Positions 54,826 to 64,000 of a stretch of 64,000 nt of DNA are shown piece after piece (positions within the stretch are counted from its first letter, which is position 1; each line of letters opens with the position of its first letter). Where the stretch lies: assembly GCF_001194135.2 (NCBI RefSeq), contig NC_068981.1:120035841-120099840 (forward strand). The letters run 5' to 3'. This DNA comes from Octopus bimaculoides (lineage: Eukaryota). The notes under the pieces are model-generated. The model was not told the origin of the DNA. It saw only the letters and a list, made by a program, of their open reading frames with translations, and ran no database searches. Position numbers and translations under genes: made by a program.

Positions 54826-55330
54826 GAAATAAAATTTGACGTAAATTTACTTAATTATATCGAATCGACAAATAAAGTAGGGAAGAAAGAAAAAACGACG
54901 CAGTAAAGAGATTTAAAGTAGATATTATATATATATATATATATATATATCTCGAGAGCCGCTGCGTGTTGGTAGTAGCGCTTAGATCATGGCTACCGTA
55001 ATTTTCTAGCTTATCATAAATTTTGACTTCCCAACTCGACTCAGGCAACAGGCCGCCCTTTCTACAACAGAAACAGGCAAATCGGCGAGTTAAGATGGTT
55101 GTCAGTTGACCAGAAGATAGCCCCTTTCGCTCTAGAAACGTAAATAAACCGTCGCAGATGATCAATCACATCGTCCGGACAGCATAACGATCCATTGACA
55201 ATGTGTGCTAAGAGGCAAGACGTCTGCAGCAGCCATTGTATCTTCTCTGTCTACTGTAGCATGATGGGACGGCCATGACGTCATAGCCTACGTTACATTC
55301 GTCCCACAATTACTCTCCCACCCGTTTCTT
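54826..55330. promoter_or_regulatory. CpG-rich promoter / 5' region of Khc
   Basis: Directly upstream of the ATG. About 25 CpG by hand count in 54841-55320 versus about 2 in 18001-18480. The TSS is not determinable. Confidence 0.7.
55271..55288. promoter_or_regulatory. CRE/ATF palindrome TGACGTCA (55276-55283) within an 18-bp near-palindrome GGCcATGACGTCATaGCC
   Basis: Exact canonical CRE about 800 bp upstream of the Khc ATG, inside the CpG-rich region. Confidence 0.55.
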
Positions 55331-55451
55331 TACTTGAATATCACGTTCTCGCTTTATCTTATACCTCGAACCCACCTTTTTTTTTCTTTTTTTTTTTTAA
55401 TATTTCCCATTATTTATAAGTATATCCGTTTCCGGATTTACTTTGTTTCAG

Positions 55452-55475
55452 CTATGTCAAAGTGTCCCGACGAAG
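55452..55475 (+). CDS. Possible small exon of a divergent gene (CT ATG TCA AAG TGT CCC GAC GAA G = MSKCPDE)
   Basis: Polypyrimidine acceptor TTTACTTTGTTTCAG before it and donor AAG|GTGAAT after it; no homology recognised. Confidence 0.25.
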
Positions 55476-56024
55476 GTGAATTAGTGTTATTAATTATCTA
55501 CCCGTTGTCTTCTCCAGGGAACTTAACTCCTTAAGATTTATTTCCAACATTTAGGTGACCATAACATATCTCGTGATCAGGGATTCGTTGGACAGTTTGG
55601 ACATTTATATATCATCCAGAAGGGACATAAGTGACATAATAGTTAAAACCTGGTTAACTACTTGACATGCTGATAGTTTAGCCTCTATTCTATGATTCTT
55701 CGTATAAGCTGCACCTATTTCTATTATTATTATGTTAATCTACTTAATAAATTTGATGAAGAAAAGAAAGAAAAAGAAATCCATTCACAAACTTGTTTAG
55801 ATTGTAAAATAAAGCGAAATATAAGATAGTAAACTAATTCATGCAGGTTAATTAATTATTTGGTTTGGTATTATAATTAAACTTTCTACCTGTTTCTCAC
55901 ACCTTGTTTATATAGTTTGTATGCGTTCACTATATTTCATCAAGAGATTGTGTAATTTTGATAAATTAAAGTGAATATAAAGTTTTTTTCCTAAATGTGC
56001 TTTCAATTATACATTTATTTATTC

Positions 56025-56063
<39 letters not shown>

Positions 56064-56659
56064 CACCCTCCATTTATTGAGTCATGCACTAATTAAATAT
56101 TTCGCTTAGATAATATAAAATTGATCTGCCTTGGTTCATGTATGTCTATCAATTCCTGGCGTATGGAAAAGGTCCCGAACTTCTGTTCTCTACAGAACAT
56201 TCTAAAGGTATTTTTCACTACTTTTCTAAGATAGTAATGATTTTTCGTTGATATATAAAGCATTTGTTTTCTTTCTTTGTCCGTTCCTGATCAATTTATG
56301 TACCAAGAATTCCCATGTCAAAAGCTGCATAAAGAAGTAACTGTTTTTAGTTCAACAGCAGCTGAAAAGGTGAAAAGTCATTAAAACATCTAGGTGTCTT
56401 GTGAGCAGTGTCGTCTTAAGGAATGAACACACTGGGCAGTTGCCGGGGCTTCACGGGTCTAGGTTTTAACGTTTGTATGCCGTGACTTGCTGTTCATAAA
56501 TAAATACTGTAGGGCCCAGTGCTGATTTGCCCAAGGGCCTATAATGTTACTGTTTATCTTTTATTCTTTACTTGTTCCAGTCAATGGGACTACAGCCATG
56601 ATGGAACATCGTTTTAAAGGGTATAGTTGAACAAATCAACCCCAGTACTTATTCAGCTT

Positions 56660-56732
56660 TCTGGCTGGCCAGTTCCTGTCAAACCGTCCGACCCATGCCA
56701 CCATGGTGGAAAACAGACGTTACATGATGATG
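56660..56732 (+). mobile_element. RTE 3' tip, adjacent to a minus-strand SINE tail (56565-56655)
   Basis: ccgtccgacccatgccaccatggtggaaaacagacgttacatgatgatg. Confidence 0.6.
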
Positions 56733-57159
56733 TGTTTGTGTGTGTGTATATGTATGTGATAAACTCTACAGACAATGGAAATGCCATCAGCCAGGTCTGT
56801 CTAAGATATGTGTGGAGCTATGAAACTGTTCTGAATGTCCAAGTATTGCTGATTAAGGGAGTTCTTTTACTGTTGGGCAGCTAGTGTTATGAGTAAGACA
56901 TCTGCTAACTTCCTGCATGAAGATTGCCCCACCACTTTCCTCTAATGCAGTAAGTAGGCAGTTTTTTCTCTCTATCTGGTGTTTATAATGAAAGACACTG
57001 CATAGTGCAGGGATCTCCAACCACTGAGTTGTAGACCAGTACCAGGCTGTACAGAAAAAATAAATTCTTAGATTTTATTTTTATTTTATTGACTATTGCA
57101 GTCTGCATGATCTTTTTGCTTTATGTATGTATTATATATGTAATATATATGTCTTATGT

Positions 57160-57445
57160 GAAGGTGGGCTCAGTAGTTAGAGCATCGGGCTCATAATTAC
57201 TAGGTAATGAGTTTGATTTCTGGACCAGGTTGTGTGTTGTGTTCTTTAGCAAGACACTTTATTTCACGTTGCTCCAGTTCATTCATCTGTAGAAATGAGT
57301 TGTGATGTCACTGATGCTAAGCTGTATCAGCTTTTGCCTTTCGTCTTTCTGGGGTTGATAAAATAAGTACCAGTCAAACACTGGGGTCAATGTAATTGTC
57401 TTGTGCCCTCCCCCCAAATTGCTGGCCTTGTGTCAAAATTTGAAG
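57160..57445 (+). mobile_element. Family C SINE followed by the 3' half of a family B SINE
   Basis: gtagttagagcatcgggc...ttagcaagacactttatttcac, then gcctttcgtctttctggggttgataaaataagtacc. Confidence 0.7.
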
Positions 57446-57527
57446 CTGATATATATGTATCATATATGTAATAAAGTACATCTATGCACTTTACACTTTA
57501 TTGTTTTGTCATGCATGAAACTAGTCT

Positions 57528-57719
57528 GTGATACAAAAAAGGTTGAGGTCTGCTGATATAGTGGACATGATCAAAAAGAGGGATATTTTCCTCTTTGGTC
57601 AAGCTTTCATTGACTTTTTCAAGTTCCACTTGGGGAAGAAAGTGAAAATGGAGAGGAAGATGCTGTCCTCTAGTGAATTAGCTGAAAGGTGGGTGAGAAG
57701 TGTGTATGCCTTGAGGTAA
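57528..57719 (+). mobile_element. Probable L1/Tx1-like LINE ORF2 C-terminal fragment
   Basis: FFKFHLGKKVKMERKMLSSSELAERW resembles, from recall, ORF2 C-termini of octopus Tx1-like LINEs. Confidence 0.4.
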
Positions 57720-58269
57720 CGGTTCTCAAACTGACAAATATCTGGCCCCTTCACTCAAAAAATTATTAGAAATTTTGTTTGTCTTCCCCAACTTTATTAA
57801 TATGAAGACAAAAGAGTTTACACTCATTTAATTGTTCCATCTTCACTATGATGTTGATCAAGCTTAAAAACTTTAAAACATTCTTAATTTAATTTAAACA
57901 TGAAAATTTGTCTACTGTCTTTCTAATCCCCAAAATCTCACTCTAGGGTTTGGGGCTGGTGTCCCTATGAGAAACACTGGCCTAAGTGAATGAGCCTACT
58001 CTGACATGCATCTTTAGACTGGGGAATTACGTTAGAAAGAAGCACTTACCCTTCATTGTCAGTATAATCCTGGACCTCTGGGGTTCCTTGATGAACCCTA
58101 AATGGCAGTCTTCGTCTCTGGATGAAGTGGCCTCTATCGCATATTTGTATACCATAACATTTTCTTCTCATTCATCTGATTTTTTTTCTTTTTGTACCTT
58201 GTTTCTGTAATATTCACTTATCTATTGCCCATGTGGGAATAAAAGAAAAGGTTATTCAAATTTTTTTTA

Positions 58270-58866
58270 AAATTATCATGATGATGATGATCATCATTAT
58301 TATTATTGAGTGAGAGAGAAATGCATGCCATCAAAGTGACACTGGGGTAAACTATATGAAGCCCAGTTTGCTCGTCATGACTACCCATCTGATAAGGGTA
58401 CACCAGGCACATGCATCACAACTAAATGTGCATGACATGGTGACCTTATATCAAGATGAACAGCACATGACCTTGCAGGTGGGGGCCCAGTTAGAATTTT
58501 CTTCATGTCAAGTAGCCCATCCTGCTCAAAAGGTCGCTGGATGAGGGTTGTTTAAGAATAATTCACCTCTGGAAACATGGGTGACAAAACACCTATGTTT
58601 CCAGAGGTGAATTATTCAAACCACAAAGAATTCCTCTCAACACATAGCTATGATCCTCCCCCACTACTTCTGCTGATGAATAGAGATGCACATATCATCA
58701 GCCACTAAGGGACATGCTCAAGTGGCTAAGGTCAAACAACTGACAAGCAAATCTGTGGTATTGAGCCGAATATCTGCTGTAGCCCATCTTTTATACCAAG
58801 ACAAAACATGTACATAACACTCCCAATCAGTTAAGATCAGAAGCCATGAGAACCACTGCCTGGGGC
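58270..58866 (-). mobile_element. Interspersed repeat, probably a LINE 3' region with an (AAT/GAT)n tail
   Basis: Complex sequence ending in a trinucleotide tail; recalled as an abundant octopus repeat; only one copy in this window. Confidence 0.5.
58556..58617. repeat. 28-bp stem / 6-nt loop hairpin (1 mismatch)
   Basis: gaataattcacctctggaaacatgggtg acaaaa cacctatgtttccagaggtgaattattc. Confidence 0.95.
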
Positions 58867-58869
58867 ATT

Positions 58870-58978
58870 TATTATTGTTGTTGTTGTTGGTGGTGGTGGT
58901 GGTGGTGGTGTTGTTGCTGCTGTTGTTGTCATCGTCGTTGTTGTTGTTGTTGCTGTTGCTGTTGTTGTTGTTGTTATT
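58870..58978. repeat. (GTT)/(GGT)/(GCT)n trinucleotide repeat
   Basis: Direct reading. Confidence 0.9.
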
Positions 58979-59020
58979 AAGATATAAAGGATTGAGGTGA
59001 CTCCTCCTGAAGATATAGGG

Positions 59021-59259
59021 TCAAAATTAAAAGAAGAGTGCCATTATTATCTAGTGAATGATATTTCGACATCTTGTGTGTCTTCAACTGGTTCAAAAAA
59101 TAAATTTGTTAATCTACTTCATTTTGGTTAATATATAAAGGATTGAGGTTACTCCTCCTGAAGATATAGTGAAAATTTATTTTTTGAACCAGTTGAAGAC
59201 ACACAAGATGTTGAAATATCATTCACTAGATAACAATGGCACTCTTCTTTTAATTTTGA
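59021..59259. repeat. 87-bp inverted repeat (2 mismatches) with a 65-nt spacer
   Basis: 59021-59107 versus reverse complement of 59173-59259. Confidence 0.95.
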
Positions 59260-59296
59260 TATTATTATTATTATTATTATTATTATTATCATTATT

Positions 59297-60886
59297 GAGG
59301 CAGTGACCCAACAGAATAGTTAGCATGCTAGACAAAATGCATTGTGGCATTTCTTCTGACTTTACATTGAGTTCAAATATCACCAAGGTCAACTTTGCCT
59401 TTCATCCTTTTAGAGTTAACAAAATAAGCACCAGTTGAGCATTGGAGTTGATGTAATTGACTACCCCTCCCCAAAATGTCAGGCCTTGTGCCTATAGTAG
59501 AAATGATTATTATTATTGTTGTTATTATTATTATATAAGGTGGCGAGCTGGCAGAATCATGGGCATGCCAGGCGAAATGCTTGGCAGTATTTCATCTGTC
59601 TTCACATTCTGAGTTCAAATTCTGCCAAGGTCGACTTTGCCTTTCATCCTTTTGAGGTTGATAAAATTAGTACCAGTTATGCATTGGGGTTGGTGTAATT
59701 GACTAGCCCTCTCCCACCAAAATTTCAGGCCTTGTGCATATAGGAGAAAGGATCATTATTATCATTATTATAAGGTGTGGAAGACTGGCAAAACCACTAG
59801 CATGCTGGGCGAAATGCTTAGCAGTACTTCACTCGTTACTACATTCTGAGTTCAAATTCTGCCAAGGTTAAGTTTGTTTTTCATCCTTTCAGGGTTGATA
59901 AATACCAATGAAACATAGGGGTCAATAAATTAAGTCCCAGTGAAATACTAGGGTCGAAGTAATTGACTAGTACCGTCCCCACCAAATTTCAGGCCTTGTG
60001 CCTGTAGTAGAAAGGATTATTATTATAAGGTGGCAAGTTGGCAGAATTGTTAGCATGCTGGGTGAAAGGCTTAGCAGTATTTCACCCGTTGCTATATTCT
60101 GAGTTCAAATTCAGCTGAAGTTGACTTTACTTTTCATCCTCTTGGGGTTGATAAATTAAATATCAGTGAAACACTGTGGCTGATGTAATCGATTAACCCC
60201 CTCCCGCCAAATTTCAGGTCTTGGGCTTATAGTAGAAAGGATTTGGCGAGCTGGTAGAATCGTCAGAACGCTTAGCAGTATTTTGCCCATCGCTACGTTC
60301 TGAGTTCAAATTCTGCTGAGGTCAACTTTGCCTTTCATCCTTTTGGGGCTGATAAATTAAATATCAGTTGAGTACTGGGGTAGATGTAATCAACTAAACC
60401 CCCAAATTTCAGGCCTTGTACCAATAGTGAAAAGGATTATTATTATCATTGAGGCAGTGACCTGACAGTATCGGTAACATGCCGGACAAAATGTTTGGTG
60501 GCATTTCTTCTGACTTTACATTCTGAGTTCAAGTGTTGCTGAGACTGACTTTTCATTTCATTCTTTAGAGGTCGATAAAACAAGTACCAGTCAAGTATTG
60601 GGATCAATGTAACCAACTCCTTCTCTCCCATTAAATTTGCTAGCCTTGTACCATTATTTGAAACTAAGGCAACAAGCTGGTAGAATCATTAGTATTTCAG
60701 ACAAAATGCTTAGCAGCATTTCATCTGTCTTTACATTCCAAGTCCAAATCCTGACAAAGTCAACTTTCCCTTCCATCCCTCTGGTGTCAGTCAGTAAAAT
60801 AAAGTATCACTCAAGTAATGAGTTTGATAATATCAACTAAAAAGCCTCCTCTCAAAATGTGCTGGCCTTGTGCCTAAATTAGAAAC
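59297..60886 (+). mobile_element. Array of seven head-to-tail family B SINEs
   Basis: Units start at about 59297, 59536, 59771, 60026, 60243, 60451 and 60665; most are joined through (ATT)n tails. Confidence 0.9.
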
Positions 60887-61119
60887 AAAATTTACTAACA
60901 TACAGTTGCACTGCAGCATTCTTTATTCATCAGCTGTTGACAGGAAATCATAATGATTTTGGCACTTTCTAGCATTTTTGTTCCTTCCAGTGGTACTGAG
61001 CTACATTAGTGTTCAGGTTCTTTTGACCTACATTGTATCATGCTTCATCCCTCCATCATCCATGCAGCCACTACATAAGATGATGTAACTGTAACTGTAA
61101 CCTCTCCAAACATACTTTG

Positions 61120-61730
61120 CTATTTACTGAAGTTTTTTCTTAGCTTTGCTCTTCCTTTTACTTACCTCTGCTTTCTTAGCTCTTTGGTCTTCCATTCATA
61201 TGTCTTTGCTACATTCATGAGAAAGCAGCTTCTGTTTCTATCTCCAGTTTATAGAATAAACTGCCCTGCCATCCTTCTGAAATCCAATATCAAACAATGT
61301 CAGTTGCTGGTTTACACCTTGAAGAGTCCTGCTTCACCCATGGTCTGCTCTAGATTGGATGTTCAAGATAAGGAGTAAGAAAAATCTTTACCTCTTTGCA
61401 CCAAATGGAAAAACAAAAAAAAAAGCTTCATTTACCAAGACATTATAAGTTGCCCCAAATAATGCAGAAATCTTTCTTGATTAAGAAACCTATCTGCTGA
61501 GGAAGACATGGTCTGACATGGAATGAAAATTACTGAAATAAAAACATTCTATTGTGAAAATTGCCCAGCAACGACAGACTACTCAGCTAGTATTTTGTAT
61601 ATCATTGAGACTATAGCCAAGATTGTAATTCTCCAAAAGATATCCATGACTTCAGAATTCTATTTGCAGTTTCCTCATGAAGATTTGCATCTTTGTGGCC
61701 AAGATATTTTAAGGAAGATATATTTTTCAA
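61120..61730 (-). mobile_element. Old RTE-like ORF2 C-terminal remnant
   Basis: Minus-strand translation LKYLGH...NLHEETANRILKSWISFGEL and later VAKTYE, with many stops. Confidence 0.5.
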
Positions 61731-62059
61731 AGTTTTACTATATAATCATTATATTACAATCCACGTGAGCTTTTTCGTAGCAGAGCTGATAAAGAATAGT
61801 TTTATGAAGATTTATTGTGTGGCCTAACATGTTACATTCCAATGAAATTCTATCCATAATTTTTATCATTGTGTGAGATAATATCATAGTCATTATCGTT
61901 CAAGAGTTCTCTTTAGTAGAGATACAAAATTGTGTAATTTAGAATTAAGCCATTTGGTATTGAATAACTTATCAGTTATGGGGTAATATTTATAAATACT
62001 TTCATAGCAGTCTCTTAAAAACAATTGAAAAAAAAAAACTGTAGCAAAATAAAAGGAAA

Positions 62060-62209
62060 ATAGAGTGGCTATGTGGTAAGAAGTTTGCTTCCCAACCACA
62101 TGATTCTGGATTCAGTCCCACTACATGGTACCTTGGACAAGTGTCTTGTGCCAACCAAAGCCTTGTGAGTGGATTTGGTAGACAGAAACTGAAAGAATCC
62201 CATCATATT

Positions 62210-62210
<1 letters not shown>
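62060..62210 (+). mobile_element. Family A SINE running into (TG)/(TA)n and a gap
   Basis: gtggctatgtggtaagaagtttgcttcccaaccac... Confidence 0.8.
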
Positions 62211-62268
<58 letters not shown>

Positions 62269-62301
62269 TATGTATATATATAGATATGTATGTGTATATA
62301 T

Positions 62302-63120
62302 NNNNNNNNNNNNNNNNNNNNNNNNNNNNNNNNNNNNNNNNNNNNNNNNNNNNNNNNNNNNNNNNNNNNNNNNNNNNNNNNNNNNNNNNNNNNNNNNNNN
62401 NNNNNNNNNNNNNNNNNNNNNNNNNNNNNNNNNNNNNNNNNNNNNNNNNNNNNNNNNNNNNNNNNNNNNNNNNNNNNNNNNNNNNNNNNNNNNNNNNNNN
62501 NNNNNNNNNNNNNNNNNNNNNNNNNNNNNNNNNNNNNNNNNNNNNNNNNNNNNNNNNNNNNNNNNNNNNNNNNNNNNNNNNNNNNNNNNNNNNNNNNNNN
62601 NNNNNNNNNNNNNNNNNNNNNNNNNNNNNNNNNNNNNNNNNNNNNNNNNNNNNNNNNNNNNNNNNNNNNNNNNNNNNNNNNNNNNNNNNNNNNNNNNNNN
62701 NNNNNNNNNNNNNNNNNNNNNNNNNNNNNNNNNNNNNNNNNNNNNNNNNNNNNNNNNNNNNNNNNNNNNNNNNNNNNNNNNNNNNNNNNNNNNNNNNNNN
62801 NNNNNNNNNNNNNNNNNNNNNNNNNNNNNNNNNNNNNNNNNNNNNNNNNNNNNNNNNNNNNNNNNNNNNNNNNNNNNNNNNNNNNNNNNNNNNNNNNNNN
62901 NNNNNNNNNNNNNNNNNNNNNNNNNNNNNNNNNNNNNNNNNNNNNNNNNNNNNNNNNNNNNNNNNNNNNNNNNNNNNNNNNNNNNNNNNNNNNNNNNNNN
63001 NNNNNNNNNNNNNNNNNNNNNNNNNNNNNNNNNNNNNNNNNNNNNNNNNNNNNNNNNNNNNNNNNNNNNNNNNNNNNNNNNNNNNNNNNNNNNNNNNNNN
63101 NNNNNNNNNNNNNNNNNNNN
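62302..63120. other. Assembly gap (N)
   Basis: N run. Confidence 1.
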
Positions 63121-64000
63121 TATATATATATATAAAATATTAGATATAGAATAAAAACGCTGGGTTAACGACTCAACATATCACACCCCCTCAATGAACA
63201 TATATAAGAAGCACAACATAATCCATCAAACATAAGGAATAAAAAGATATAAAAATAATGTAAGAAAATAAAGTAAATAAAAGAATAAGAAATGTATAAG
63301 AAGTAAGGTGCAAGAAATAGAACATATAGTATAAAATTTTATACACGAATATATTATACCAACCGATAACATACAAATGAAAAAAATTGAGTTAAATGTA
63401 TAACATAATACACATATATATCATTTCATAGAAGTTAAAATTAATACGATTAAAAATTTCAAATATATAATATAATATAATATAGGTCGATATAAAAAAT
63501 AAAATAAAATAAAGAAATGAGGTACCATAAAGTAGTCCATCGGTTAAAATCAAGGACAGAAATGATTTAACACCATTTAGAGTTAAGACATAAAGTTCTA
63601 CATCTACCTCGGACACATTTTACAACTCAAAGCCAGTAGACACCAATAGGCAAGTCCGCACCAGTTAGGCATATACAAAAATGAATAACAGGCACCCAGC
63701 AGGTAAAACATGTAAAATTTAATTCCGCTCACCATGTCCAAAAGTTCACAACACATGGGTCAGAATACAAATACAGCACCCAGCAGGTATCAATCAGTAA
63801 AATCAATTTCACGAAAACCACTTACAACACCTATGGCCATTTTGGAGGTACACCACTGTATTCCAAACACAATAGAGTGAAAATTGGGTAAGCTTACATA
63901 CAAACGTCACGACATGCACAAAGGGAGAAAATAATTTTTATATAAGAGTAAATTTATATAGTCAATATGGACCAGCCTTAGACAAGCCTATGCAAATAAT

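Noticed and set aside
59297-60886. Regularly spaced repeats resembling a CRISPR array or tRNA cluster
   Set aside because: Eukaryotic context; the ~210-255 nt units are whole diverged SINEs with no unique spacers and no complete tRNA cloverleaf.
61166-61195. Minus-strand ATG...GAG|GTAAGT (MEDQRAKKAE), a phase-0 candidate alternative first exon
   Set aside because: It lies at the end of a stop-riddled RTE-like ORF2 remnant, and splicing it to exon 2 would delete the first strand of the motor domain.
62141-63154. Long ORFs of 281-337 aa (also 37405-37958)
   Set aside because: Artefacts of translating through N gaps and dinucleotide repeats.

Overview
AT-rich, microsatellite- and retroposon-rich eukaryotic DNA from a coleoid cephalopod, most likely Octopus (inferred from the kinesin protein and repeat families; species not provable here). 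The minus strand carries the 5' part of the kinesin-1 heavy chain gene (Khc/KIF5). Thirteen coding exons, from the ATG at 54477 down to 850, all have GT-AG junctions and splice in frame to 1563 nt / 521 aa (motor domain, neck, start of stalk). The gene continues beyond position 1. Intron 1 is ~28.9 kb. A CpG-rich promoter domain surrounds exon 1, with a CRE palindrome and a possible divergent plus-strand gene. The rest is RTE-type LINE fragments, at least three SINE families, piggyBac-/hAT-like MITEs, two Penelope-like fragments, simple repeats and two N gaps. Most notable: (1) genomic codons at reported cephalopod kinesin A-to-I recoding sites (K282; S75, Y77, N117, K368) and a candidate intronic editing-complementary segment; (2) two Penelope-like copies with a variant minimal hammerhead-ribozyme fold; (3) a 7-copy head-to-tail SINE array chained through (ATT)n tails; (4) several near-perfect hairpins with template-switch signatures; (5) an RTE LINE with a PHD finger inside its RT region. 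All alignments and counts were done by eye. Repeat boundaries are approximate, and family names and literature positions are from recall, not database searches.
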